A DNA stretch of 60,323 nt, filler included, from Dirinaria sp. TL-2023a (GCA_051941275.1; 7 parts of 7 records of this genome joined end to end with filler, not necessarily neighbours in it); one strand, 5' to 3'; shown: positions 11,134-25,437, counted from the whole stretch's first letter. Notes: generated by a model from the sequence alone, not told the origin. Numbers and translations are program-made.

Positions 11134-13780
11134 ATGGCTTCAGGGGGTCAAGATGCAAAATTGTTTGCAAGAGTGAGTCCTTGTTATCTCCTTCAAAAAG
11201 GGTTCATCAGTCGGCGCTCTAGCCACAAAGAGTCGCTGCGCTGAGAACCGCACAATCATGCTACAAAACACACTGCTTCATAGCATGGGCATCTTCCCAC
11301 ACTTGATCCTTGACTTGTCTTTTCACCACAAACCCATAATTGCCCTTTCAATCTCCACCAACTAGTAACATGGATCCTGTTACGGGCGAGCCTATTGCCG
11401 GGCGGCAGTCTCCTTTGCAACCTGCAGATTTAGATGTCCTTGATCGCTTTGGGCTTCCATTTGGTTCTGACTGTGGGCCTTATGGCATAAAGGGCAAGGT
11501 AGCTGAGCTTCGACAAGAGCTTACAATGGGCGGAAAGAAAGACAAGAACCATTCAGCGAAGAAGATTGCTTTGAAAAAGATCGTAGCCAACATGACGATG
11601 AGCAACAACGACATGGTGGCCTTGTTTCCCGACATCATCAACTGCATGCAAATCCCGAGTCTTGAGATCAAGAAGATGTAAGTCCCAACAGACTCATTTA
11701 CCCGCAGATCGGAGGACCTGACAATGCTCAGGTGCTTCCTCTTTTTGGTCAATTACTCGCGCTTGAAGCCAGATGTGGCTCTTAAAGGGCTCCCTATTCT
11801 CCTTTCCGTAAATAGAATCCATTCCCCTGATCTAGGGTATATTTGACCATTGGCGCGTGTCGCACAGGACCTCGAAGATCCCAATCCTTTGATTCGGTCT
11901 CACGCTCTTCGTACTCTCTCGTACATCCATGTTCGCGAGTTCGTCGAGGCTACTATCAAACCTACCCAGAAATTACTCAAGGATCAGGACCCCTATGTTC
12001 GCAAAACAGCGTGTATGGCTGTCGCGAAGCTCTACGATCATGACAAGAACCTGGTCGAGAAATCGGATCTCATAGACCGTTTAAACGCAATGCTACGCGA
12101 TGACAATCCAACCGTCGTCTCGATGGCACTTGCTGGCCTGATGGACATATGGGGGCGTAGCGAAACTATTAAGTTGACTATTGACTACGCAAGCGCATCG
12201 AAGATTATCCAGGTCATGCCAGAGTGCTCAGAGTAAGTGGTCTAATATATTACATGTGTCAAACGAAAGCTAATCACATCTGCAGATGGGGCCAGACCTA
12301 CATCCTCGAAGCGTTAATGCATTACGTACCACAGGACACTACAGAAGCTTCTCTCCTCGCTGAGCGCGTTTCTCCACGTCTCTCGCACTCCAACTCGGCT
12401 GTCGTACTTACCTGCATCCGCGTTATACTCTATATGATGGAGTACATTGCAGACGAAAAGATCATCACTACGCTTTGCCGCAAACTGTCGCCTCCGCTTG
12501 TCACAATCCTTGCAAAAGGCCCAGAAATTCAATACCTGGTGCTGCGCAATGCCCTCCTAGTACTCCAACGTCGCCCCGAGGTCTTGCGTAACGACATCCG
12601 AGTCTTCTTCTGCAAATATAACGATCCGATCTACGTCAAAGTCACCAAGCTCGAACTGATCTTCATGCTGGCTACGGAAAAGAATATCAAGGAGGTCCTG
12701 GCCGAGTTACGCGAGTAGGTTCTTGCACATCAAACATTCATCTAAGACCTTTGAACTGACATAGACACAAGATACGCTACCGAGATTGACGTTCACTTTG
12801 TGAGAAAGTCTGTGCGCGCAATCGGCAAGTTGGCTATCAAGATCGAACCTGCTGCCCAAGATTGTATCGACTCGTTGCTCGAGCTGGTTTCGACCAAAGT
12901 CTCGTACATCGTGCAAGAAGCGACCGTCGTCATCCGCAATATCTTCCGCAAATATCCAAACCGCTACGAGTCTATCATCTCGATCTTGTGCCAGAATCTA
13001 GATTCGCTCGACGAACCTGAAGCCAAATCAGCAATGATCTGGATCATCGGTCAATACGCAGATAGGATCGAGAACTCGGACGTCATCCTGGACGACTTCT
13101 TGTATACGTTTGCTGAAGAACCTGTCGAAGTACAGCTGGCTCTGCTAACAGCCACGGTCAAGTTCTTCATCCAGCGTCCGGTCAAGGGTCAAGAGTTGGT
13201 GCCAAAGGTGCTCAAGTGGGCCACTGAGGAGACCGACAATCCAGATCTTCGCGACCGTGGCTTCATGTACTGGCGCTTACTATCAACTGACCCAGAAGCC
13301 GCCAAGCTCATCGTCATGGGAGAGAAGCCACCGATCACCGCCGAGTCAGAAAAGCTGGACCCGGCAACTCTCGAGGAGATGTGCCTCAATGTCGGTACTC
13401 TGGCCACTGTTTACCTGAAGCCTGTCCACCATGTCTTCCGTACTGCGAGACAGCGCAAGCTCACCGACAGTCCAGCGCTACAAAAGCACAAGCTGCCCAC
13501 GCAAATGGCCAAAGATGCTCATGCCGGCGTGTCTTTTGGCGGTCCCACTAGGGCGGAGCTTCTCGCGGCCGTCAATGGTGCGGACGAGTATTTTGCTAGC
13601 CTTGGCTCTCAAGGCCAGCAGGTGGTGCAACAGATGGATGCCCTTCGCCTTGACGAAGGATTAGGGGGCCGTCCGACGGCTGGGATGCCGGCAGAGCATC
13701 AATATGTTGTCAATCAGAACAACCCTCAGCAGGTCTACCAGCCCCAGGTAGACGCAGGTAACGAAGACCTGCTGCTGTAA
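11134..13780 (+). CDS. APL1: AP-2 adaptor complex beta subunit, multi-exon; long intron 1 at 11173-11492
   Basis: [20 protein letters not shown]..., [55 protein letters not shown]; short C-terminus with no appendage domain, as is typical of Dikarya beta2. Confidence 0.92.
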
Positions 13781-14554
13781 GGCATCATATTCGGGCGTCC
13801 ATCTGTTAGCTTGCCGGCGTTCAGGGCGAGGTCGGTGTTGTTGCTGAAGAGCCAAGATACCCAGAATTGCGTTTACAGAGAACAGCAGACTGCTTCAGGT
13901 GGTCCACATGCAGATGATGCTGCTGTCATGTACAATAGGTAGCTAGTTGAAAACAGTGGAATTCGATACACCACGCCTCTTCATCGTGAAAAGCCATATC
14001 TATCTGTGATCACAGCGTACGCAGGTACAGTCTTGTTCGAGGCTCAATAGTCTAATCCACTATGATCCCCCGTGCACTCCATGTGTCCCCCAACAATTCG
14101 GGTCAAGCGCAACTCAGGGGGAATGTGCACGCTCTAACCCCTTACCACCGTATTCCTGTAACAAGGACTTGTCGCTGCAGCAGATCTTACAGCGCCTTCG
14201 ATCGCGATCGCGAGTCAACAACAGTAAGGTATGTCAGAGTTCATGACGGGAAAGAATGATATTTCCATAACCCTAACCCTGACAAGAACTCGGCATCGAG
14301 GAGTGACCCAATGTCGAATAGGCTTAGTTTATCCGATGGACTCTCGAGCTGCAAGAAGCCCCCTTCGGCCGGCTTTATCGCTCGGAATTTAATATTCGTG
14401 CATTAGCGTTTGATATCGCTGCCTTTCATTGTTTCCCAAGCATTGCAGGTGATTTCTACCTGACGTACCTGCCAGGTTCTATAAGAAAAATGGCTCTGTC
14501 TCATCTTCTTCTGCTCTCCTACCCAAGTGGTGCATTACCACACATCTCACTCGA

Positions 14555-16386
14555 ATGTCTTCACATTCCTCATCACGAGAAGAAAACCCAGCTCCGACAA
14601 CAAGTCAGAGAGACAGCATCCAGACGAACAGCAATAACGATGTGACGGCCGAAAATCTCGGTGGCGAGCAGTCTGGCACAGAGAACGTAGACCAAGGACT
14701 TCGAAAATCCGAGCTATCATTGAATCGTCCCAGTTCTCGTGAACATGCTGAAGTATCGCTGCCTCAAGACGGAAATACCATAGGTGAAACCCGTCAAGAG
14801 GTTGGGACGCTGGAAAGAGTTCCTTCTGCGCCTCCCCACTCCGTCTTCTCTAAGCGTCTCAAGCGATATATCGTTTTCCTAACAGGATGGAGCGGTTTCT
14901 TCTCCCCTCTTTCCGCGAGCATCTACTTTCCCGTGCTTAATACACTGGCCCGGGAGCTAAACGTCAGCATTGGCGTAATCAATCTAACATTGACCTCTTA
15001 TATGATCTTCCAGGGCCTGGCGCCGACCTTCTTTGGGGATCTCGGCGACATGTTCGGCCGTCGTCCGGCTTATATTCTCAGCTTTACGATCTACCTTGGA
15101 GCGAACATCGGTCTAGCTTTGCAAACTAATTACGCTGCGCTCTTCATACTGCGATGCGTGCAAAGTACAGGTAGTTCTGGAACCATAGCCCTTGCCAATG
15201 GTGTGGTTGCAGACATAGCTGCTAGTGGAGAGAGAGGCAAGTACATCGGTTACGTTATATTGGGTCCAATGGCAGGTCCCGCAATAGCACCCATTATCGG
15301 AGGTGTACTGGCCCAGTTCCTAGGATGGAGAGCCATCTTCTGGTTTCTGACAATCATGGCGGGTGTCTTTATGATCCCGTTCTGTGTAAGCTTCCCTGAG
15401 ACGGGCCGCAATGTGGTGGGTAACGGATCGATACCACCTCCGAAGTGGAATATGTCACTAGTGAACTACATGGCGAGCCGGAAGGACGCAAGCAGCAATG
15501 ATCTGAGTCGAAGCATCTCCCAAGACGAAAAGAGAGCAGCGCGAGCAGAGCTTGCCAGGAAGCGCAAGTTCCGGTTGCCAAATCCTATGAAAACGCTGCG
15601 AATCATTGCAGAGAAGGATGTTGGCATACTACTCGTCTACAACGCCATAATCTACACAGCTTTCTACGACGTCATAGCTACTGTACCGTCCTTATTCGCA
15701 GAGATCTACGGATACAATGACTTACAGATTGGTTTGTTGGCCATCCCCCAATGCTGAAGAAGACCCAACAGTTGACTTATAAAGGGCTTTGTTATATCCC
15801 CTATGGCGTGGGTTGTGCCGTATCTTCCGTAGCCGGCGGCTATTTAATGGACTTCAATTACAGGCGTGTCGCTAAGCGTGCTGGCTTCAAGACCGATATC
15901 AAGCGTGGCGACGATCTGAGGAACTTCCCACTGGAGCAAGCTAGGATCCAGATCGTTTGGCCATGCGTCTGCCTTGGCATGGCAGCAATGCTATGCTACG
16001 GTTGGGTATTAGAGAGGAAAGCTCACCTTGCGGCGCCGCTGGTATTGCAATTCATCATGGGCTTTGCTATCTCCGGGGTCTTCAATGTCATAAGTATAAT
16101 GCTCGTGGATCTCTACCCCATGAGTCCATCAACGGCTACTGCTGCCAATAACCTTGTCCGATGCTTCGCCGGAGCCGCAGGTACGGCTGTCGTCAATCCA
16201 ATGATAGATGGAATGGGGCGAGGTTGGTGCTTTACCTTCCTGACTGCGGTTGTCGTTGCTAGTAGCCCGTTACTCTGGGTTGAGACGAAATGGGGTCCTA
16301 GGTGGAGGGAGGAGCGAAGGGTGAGGGTAGAAAAACGGAATATGGACTCCAACGCTGGACAAAAAAAAGAGGAATCGAAGGGCTAA
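14555..16386 (+). CDS. MFS transporter, DHA1 (Qdr-like) drug:H+ antiporter family; intron ~15732-15784
   Basis: FFSPLSASIYFP, LTLTSYMIFQGLAP, GDLGDMFGRRPAY (motif A), GPAIAPIIGG, LGWRAIFWFL, ATAANNLVRC; about 12 TM segments. Confidence 0.93.
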
Positions 16387-16745
16387 GTTCGGACGAGGAT
16401 AGAATGAGGATGATACATGCATTCAAGGGGCATATATGCTGCTCGCTCTAGAAGTGCCTTGTTGGCGTACTTTACCAGAGTATTACGATTTTCAGCAGCA
16501 TTCTGCTCAGAAACTGCTCCATATCGGTACTTGATCATTTCCATAAGAGGTACATCTCAAAGCTACTTTACTGCCTCATTACATTAAACATAAGGTAAGG
16601 TAGGTACCCTCGTACTTCTACCTTAAGGTGAGGCAAAGCTCTCTAACCCTAGAATAAACCTTGAAATTCTAAGTTGAACGAAACTCTTCGACTTGTCTCG
16701 TTCTTATAGACGCTACCTTTGCACCTCCCCTATGCCGTGGTCTCA

Positions 16746-17221
16746 ATGGCAGACCTAACTCCTCTCTTCACCGAGCTTCTCTCCAAGCACAATGCCCGTT
16801 CCCACCAGTCCACATGGGAGCCACGGGACGAATTCCTCAAAGAAGCCTACCGAATCGTCCGTCTTTCCTTCCCAATCTCAAATACTATACCCTCAAAACT
16901 AAAGTCCCACAAATTCTAGAACGCACACATAACCTCTCTAACATCCTATCTCCGCTCCCTACGACCAGCGTACCTCTCCACTGCACCCCCACCAGCCCGT
17001 AGTTCAACATTCCATCCCCCGAATGCCAACCACCCAAAAACGGAGCGCACACACCTGACAAACCCACAACGCAACGCCATCGACGCCTCCTCCAAAACCC
17101 TGCTCCAAGACCTCGACACATCCATCAAGCAACTCGACCGCGCGGAAACCCTCCGGCAGCAAGTCGCTTCGGAAGTGGCTCGAAAATCGTCTCGGCGGCG
17201 GGGCGCAGCACTGCTACGATG
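16746..17221 (+). CDS. UFE1: ER t-SNARE Ufe1/syntaxin-18, N-terminal part; intron 16857-16919; 3'-partial
   Basis: MADLTPLF...DEFLKEAYRI|NAHITSLTSYLRSLRPAYLSTAPP matches the syntaxin-18 N-terminal pattern. Confidence 0.82.
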
Positions 17222-17321
17222 NNNNNNNNNNNNNNNNNNNNNNNNNNNNNNNNNNNNNNNNNNNNTTAATTAATTAANNNNNNNNNNNNNNNNNNNNNNN
17301 NNNNNNNNNNNNNNNNNNNNN

Positions 17322-18601
<1,280 letters not shown>

Positions 18602-21600
18602 CGTGCAGTATTCTCTAAAAGCCTTAGTGGGATCTTTTCGGATTGTGGAATAGATATCGGATTACCAGTGCATCTAGAGAGCGGTGGCTGGTGCACAAGA
18701 AACGAACGACAGTAGTACGATGGTGATGATTGATCAGAGATAGGTAACTACACAGGTTTGGCCAGCCTTAAGGTAAGATACAGTAATATCGACCTCCTAA
18801 AGTCTAGCTCTAACTGAGACGCGGGCGCGAATGTTGAAACCTTAGCGCCTATTATTCCCCATCGCACTTAGCGCCCATGGCCGCAGGTGGACCGAGGGAG
18901 AAAAGGGGAATAATCAAGGTATCGGCCAATCACAGAATTACTTTCTTCCTCGTGTTTGTGGAAGATACGTGGATTTTCTCTTCTCGATACCAAATCATGA
19001 TTCTTCTATATATGAGATGCAATCACTATCGTCTGGAGTAAATCATGACATGCGCGCTTTCCAAGATTTCGATGTCTTGCTCGGTTCGCGAACTGCCCAC
19101 ACTGCCATTTGGTCAATTCTTGTTTTACTGATCACCTACACGGTCTCAAGTCGCTACTATTGAGTGGTGGGGGTGAATGCGCTTTTCGCTTTCTCGCTGA
19201 CACAACCTCTCATCATTGCAGAGACCATCGTTGCAGAGACCATGACTAAGCAGGCGCTCAACGGACATTTGGGATCAGAAGCAGTTGGTGGGTCACTTCA
19301 GTTCGGTTTGATTTGCCTAATCGACCAGGAAATGGAGGGTTCGTGGCAATATATCGGTCATCAATCCCATCACTTCAAGGTCTGCGGTGTTACGTGAGAT
19401 TGCACTATTTCGTTAGCAATGCCAGCTGTTGGCTCGTCATAGATATGATTTTAAACACCAAAGATCGTCTTCGGTAACGTCAAGAACTTGGTAAAGTTTC
19501 GCTCAGAACACAAAGTAAAACAGAGTCAAACTAGTCAGAAACTGGGGCCGGAAGTATTAATGCAGATACAATGAGTGAAGAATTCAGCATTTGGAGACCT
19601 GACTCCATAAGCGACAGCCCTTTCTCAATTTCTAGATGGACATCTAAGGGTTTTATTATTCCCTCGTAGCTTTTACAACCTAGCGTATGTCGGTTCGACG
19701 TGAGATTTGCCCCAATGCAAGCTAGTAGTGCACAGATGGGGATCTCCAAAGAAGACAGAATGCGATCTTCGCCATTGATGCACTACTAGAAATGCTGGCC
19801 ATGGATTTGGCGAAAGCCTACCGTCGTTCGCTCTCAAGCCAAGGGGGTTCAATCCTTGTCGGGGTCGTTTCTACCCCCGCTCCCACTGTGATATCGCAAA
19901 GTGAGGAGCAGATAGCGGAATGGCAAGGGCATTCATGGGTTTTTAGTACTTTATTGCAGCACCTTTGATTCTTTTCGGCTGTAGGAGATGGAGCTAGTGG
20001 GTTACCCTAGGCACCCTTTCGATGCAATCAAGGGTTCTTAAAGCGGACTTCGATCGCGAGCTTCACCAACCAGGGTCAGAGATTTCACTCTTTTCCTGTA
20101 TTTTTAGGCGAGCGCTGGTGGATGGCTTCCTTCTGGGCATTGGTTTCTTCGGGCAAGCCCGACAACCCTCGTGGGCCACATGGCTGAGCTGGGATGTGTG
20201 TTCTCCAAACAAAGGAAGGATGAGCAACAGAAAGCAGGCGATCAGCGAAAGCACAGACATCATCAACCATTATTCGTGCTCTAATTCGAATGGAGGATGC
20301 AGAAAGCAAGATGTACTTAGTAGAGAGAAAGGCAATAGATCTGCGTCTGGCGGTTCGCTCTAAGAACTCGGAGCTTGAGCCGAAACTTGGCCAAGCCATG
20401 CAGGCCAGAGTTGCGCAAGCGCGGCGTGAGTGGCTTGCCGATCTTACGCCAGTGATGGCAGTGCAAGCCGTGGCGACAGGTTCGGCGGCGCAAGGCTGAG
20501 AAAAGTCGCGAGTCACAGGTCAAGACTGCCTCACTAAAAAAAAACCGAAGTTTGACCCTTGCGCCGAATCTTGACGAGGGTGCAGAAACGGCATTCGCTG
20601 ACGAGGTGGCACACCGGTGGCTTTGGTCTTGTCGCCTGCGCCTATCAATCCCGTTCTTCGACAAGAGACTTAGACGTGCGGAAATAAGCCTATTGGCGGC
20701 AGCACCTTGCAGCCAGGTATCGACTATCGACGGGCAGATGACAAGATGGCCAAGCACAGCGGAGTCTGCTGTATAGATGGTGTCGCACTGCAGCTGGTTG
20801 TACTGCACAGATCAGCAGTTACATCCGCAAGACATGTCAGAAGTCACTCTCCGCAGAGCAAAGGCGTAGTGGATACACCGGTTTGTGTCCGTCTCTGCGC
20901 GCGTTCAAGATGGCCCTTTGGATCAGATTGCGGCAACCGGGAAATGGGTCAAAGCATCGTGGTCCGCTGCATCAGCAGAGTCCAAGTGTCGGCGACGGTT
21001 CTAATGCTGCAGATCCCCTGCGGAAGCTCCAACGGCTGCTGCCTGTGTTTCTCCATGTCTGATCCGGGCAAAGGGCTACTCGAGGGGTCGCTCGGCTTTC
21101 GCAGGCGACGCGACCTACTACTATCCAAAGCTTCATTGGCCTCCGCATCTTGCGTTAATACTACGCAGTCATCGAGTATGTGGATGTACTGTAGAGTCGG
21201 TGTCGAATTATCAAATTTCTGTGTGCGGTGACCCGTACGAGCGTACAGCATCAGCCGTCTTGCACGAAGTTATCTTGTTGTACATCTGCGCGTTGGGTGA
21301 TGTCGTGCCCAAGTTGCGTTGGATGTACTTCTGGGGCCGCCGCTACGGATTTATCGTGCATCGAAAGATTAATATCAGCCTCGAAGACGGGAGGGGCTGG
21401 GTAATAATCCGTGAAAGGCAAAAAGGAAGAAAAAACTCCACAAGCGATTCGCCATTTCCACGGGATCTCGCCTCTGAGGGATCGTCGCCAGGCTAACCCG
21501 CTGGAGAAAGTCGTCAAATGTTTCCCAGTTCCGTTGGGATATATAGATAGTAATGGGTAGCGGAGGACCTGCCTAATTGATGGACGAGCCAGTACTGCTT

Positions 21601-22797
21601 TGAGATAGCGTCATGAAGATCCCCTTCACATCTACAGCCCAGGAGGGAACGATCGCTGAACCAGACGTGCCTATTTCAGCCTCTTCGGGGTTGTGATTGG
21701 TTGCTCATCGTCCGGCTGCTGAGCTTCTTCAGAGTTCGATAGTGAAGACGACCAGCAAATAATAGTAGATACTTCCTGCGACACTTTAGCTTGCCTGAAC
21801 CAGTTGGGTACATGTAGATTCGAGAGTCAATTGTATCCGAGGATCGTTGTATCCATAGCAAGGCTAAACGGGCCTGCATCGTTGACTTGGGGGTTTTTTT
21901 TTTTTGGCTTACCTGCGAGTCTGCGACGCACCGATGCTGCAAGCCAATGCAGCTACCTGGGATGACCGGCTTGACGCGCTACAAAGCACGCCTGTAGTTT
22001 TGTACAGGTACCGAGTACACACAGTAGTAGTGCCTTTGGAAGCAATGGGGTTTGGACTTTGGAGAAGGATGGAGGGGTGCAATTGGACCAATAGTCATGC
22101 TATTCTGCCATGTTTCGCCTTCATGCACACATCATGTATCTCAACGGTTAGAGTTTTCTCTTTTACCTTACCTCACCCTCTGTTACAGTCACTGTACTTT
22201 CCCTTTTTCCCTTGGAGAGCTCAGAAAAGGGTTTTCAGCCAAACAGCCACCTCCTTCACCACCCCCCCTCATTTCTTCGCCTTGAATTCCTCGCCAATCA
22301 CTCCTCTCGCCGTTTCGAATTTCCTTCCATCGGCGGAGGCAAGATTTACTTTACAAGATCGGCTTTGCAGGCATCGCCGCGTTCCCTATTAGTATTGCGT
22401 TTCACGCGCTTTGCCAATCCGGAAACTTCCAACGACTTCAACGCTCATCTTTCCCTTCTTGGGCCATTTGATCCGCTCTCCTTCAACCGTCCGTTGGTCG
22501 CCCACCGCCAATTGTTGACCTTTTTGCCCTTTGCCTCCAGTCTTCACTGTAAGTAGTACGCTTATTTCGACGCCGGCAAGAACACCATTGCCATTCACCT
22601 CCACTATATTATCTCTGGCGATCTCATAAGGCAGATGGGGATCTTCCGCGCGTCCAAGCTACCAAGCCGTGCAAGCATAACCATACCTTACATATACATG
22701 GCTCTACTTTCCCCCTCTTGTATATAGGTCTTTCCTGCCCTTTTCCGCCCATCTACACTGTCGTGCTCGACGTCTTCAAGGTGCAATACTCGCATCT

Positions 22798-24312
22798 ATG
22801 TTGCTTACACTAAAACCTACTGCGCAGAACGGCTTCGGTATCGGTGGCCCTCATGCGTACCCATCTCCGTTACCTACATCCAAGGCCTCCTACTTCTCCC
22901 CCAAGGGAGCTTCTGCCTCTCTTCCTCCTCTACCGGACAAGACCCCGCGAAGTATGAGCACGCCTCACCGAGGTTTGCCGCCCCCGGCGGCCATGACCTT
23001 GCCTAACCCCGAGCGTGGCTCCTCAACAAGCACTTTGTCGATGGGACAGCTGCCCGCCGCACCCTCGTCCTGGCAAGGCGCAGACGAATCCATGCGCAAC
23101 TGGCTGAGGGCAAAATCCGAGGAAGACCGGCGAAAGCAAGAGGAGGAGAAGACTCGACAGGAATCATTACGACTCGAGCAGCGCAAGATAGAGCAGAACA
23201 TGCTACGAGAGTCGCTATCTGGAGGTGTTCCCCCCTACATGGTGCCAATGGTCTTTGCTGGCATAGGCGGCGCCAATATGGCCAATGCGAGTCTTGAATG
23301 GACACAGCACTACATGGCGCAATTGAGCTTTCAACAACAGGCGCAGCTACAGCAACAGCAACAGCAACAGCAGCAGCAGCAGCAGCAGCAAGTCCAATCG
23401 CAGCCGCGAGCTGAGCCCGAGCAATCGCACAACACTCGACTCATTGCGGGCCCCCAGCCAAACCCTTACGGACCTCAGCAGCTACAGCAAAACCAACAAC
23501 CTACTCCTTCGCAGCAACATGGTACTCCCCAGAATCAATCTACCACCGGATTTGTCCCGTCTTATCAAGCTCCGAGAAATTCACAGCCGGCCTTGCAAGC
23601 CGCTCCCCCTACATCAGCACCCAGGATCACGCCTGCGTCGTCCTCGTCGACGCTACCACGACTCAACACTGTAGACATGCAAATTCAACCTCCGCCTCCA
23701 GGTCCAGTACCAGGTCAGCAACACGCCATTCAACAAACTCAGAACAGTCCGCAGCAAGATCAGCAGTCTCAACTTCATTTCCACCATTGGGTTCCGCCAA
23801 ACACGCAGGCTGCTAAAGACCCACCTACTCCTTCTACAAAGAGCACTCACGAATCCCCATTTTCGCACAATGCATCATCTCATCTTCGATCGGAGTACCA
23901 GCATTCTCCCAAGAAACGCAAAACCACCGGATCGCATCCTTCCGGTGGGGGTTCAAGCGTCGCCGAAACGTCGCCACCCTTCTCGCAAACCTCCTCAACA
24001 TCCACATCGGGAAGGCGACGGGGCCATTCTCGGCAGCGAAGTGATACCTCATCACGCGCCGGTGGCGCTGGGAACGAGCCAGCTACGTATCGACCTCGGG
24101 GCAGGACGGAGAGTGGGCGCCAAAGCTTTTCGGAGGCCGAAAATGGAAATCAGAGGCACAATTCGGCGCAACCTGAAACACGCCACCAGCAGCCACGCCC
24201 GGCCAATTCGGCCATGAGACAGTCATCACGAGACGTTGCCCCCATTATTGGCAATAGTGAGCGCAGCCAAAACAGCAGTCCAAGACGAGAGCCTCTCGAA
24301 GGACCATCATAG
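22798..24312 (+). CDS. Q/P/S-rich, largely disordered fungal protein (probable nuclear regulator), 504 aa
   Basis: One compact helical block MRNWLRAKSEEDRRKQEEEKTRQESLRLEQRKIEQNMLRESLSGGVPPYMVPMVFAG; poly-Q; FHHWVPP; NLS-like PKKRK. Confidence 0.85.
   Translation: MLLTLKPTAQNGFGIGGPHAYPSPLPTSKASYFSPKGASASLPPLPDKTPRSMSTPHRGLPPPAAMTLPNPERGSSTSTLSMGQLPAAPSSWQGADESMRNWLRAKSEEDRRKQEEEKTRQESLRLEQRKIEQNMLRESLSGGVPPYMVPMVFAGIGGANMANASLEWTQHYMAQLSFQQQAQLQQQQQQQQQQQQQQVQSQPRAEPEQSHNTRLIAGPQPNPYGPQQLQQNQQPTPSQQHGTPQNQSTTGFVPSYQAPRNSQPALQAAPPTSAPRITPASSSSTLPRLNTVDMQIQPPPPGPVPGQQHAIQQTQNSPQQDQQSQLHFHHWVPPNTQAAKDPPTPSTKSTHESPFSHNASSHLRSEYQHSPKKRKTTGSHPSGGGSSVAETSPPFSQTSSTSTSGRRRGHSRQRSDTSSRAGGAGNEPATYRPRGRTESGRQSFSEAENGNQRHNSAQPETRHQQPRPANSAMRQSSRDVAPIIGNSERSQNSSPRREPLEGPS
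23333..23392 (+). repeat. CAA/CAG trinucleotide repeat encoding poly-Q
   Basis: Direct reading. Confidence 0.9.
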
Positions 24313-25437
24313 ACCAAACATGTTAGAAGCGCGCCTTTCAACTATCACGGTACCACGAGCTTTTGGATTAACGGATGTACAACAATTATTATAGTATCTG
24401 GCATCATCTTTGTTTCTCTGGTCTGCTTTGCTTATACCCATGTCGCATGGTGCCGATTGAATTTTGGGCGGCTTATCACTCTGTTGTCATACTACCACTT
24501 TTCGCTTTCGATCTTGACTTTGAATTTTGGCTCCATCGCCCTGTGGGCTTACACTTCGAACCTGGCATATTTCCGGTTGAGCCGGCTGCATTTAGATCAA
24601 TATCTTCTGTAACATAACATTATCTTCCAGCGGTCCTGTCATTTCTCTCTCCATGGTCCGGCATCGGGGAGCATTATTTCAGGGTCAATACGAGGGGTGC
24701 GTGGAAGGGTCAGAATCGGGCGGTGGCTCCGGCACTGGAAGTGGGAAAGTGGAAATTAATTGTTCATCTCGGTAGCGCACCACAAAATGCATGCGCGTCT
24801 GCGCCTGAACCTTCAACACCATCCGGGCTTGGATCACGTGCTATCTGATTTGCAATTGCATCTTCGAATCGTTTTCTGTGTTTCATGAGAACAACCTCTT
24901 ATTTTTTTTATTTTATTTTTTCTTTCTTTCCCTTTTTCCCTCCTCTTAGCTTGTGATCACAGATCGCTGCGATCACGCGCAGAAGTTGGTTGCAGACTAT
25001 TTCTCCAAAAAAGACCCTCCATTCTGGTAAAATCTGCAAGCTTCCGCGAACTTCGGTCCGATCCGTGGAACGAGAGGTATGTGCGCTCGGTCGATTCCGG
25101 ATCCACGAAATGATAGCTTCAACAGACCAGAGCTCTGGAAGACCAGTCAGTAATGACAAATCCTTTGGGAGTCGCTGACGTTGTGTCGGTATTCCTGCTG
25201 TGCAAAATACGTTTAATGGCATGTACCCGCCAACGACCCAACGACGGGCAGAGGCAGAGGGGTTCTATTACGTCCAATTCACTCAGTCAGCAGGAGACTT
25301 TCCAACAACTGGTTAAAACAACAATCCGATAGCGACGAGCATGGCAATCACGGAAATTTTCTCCTTAGACTGTGTCATCTCTGGTTCGCTGAACCCGCGC
25401 TGCGCACTTCCTCCTGCTTGTCCTTTCCCTCCTTCCT

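Noticed and set aside
13440..13780. AP-2 beta lacking the C-terminal appendage as a truncation
   Set aside because: This is the established normal state of beta2 in Dikarya.
19797..19870. tRNA-like GGTTCAATCC
   Set aside because: No consistent cloverleaf; the acceptor and anticodon stems do not pair.
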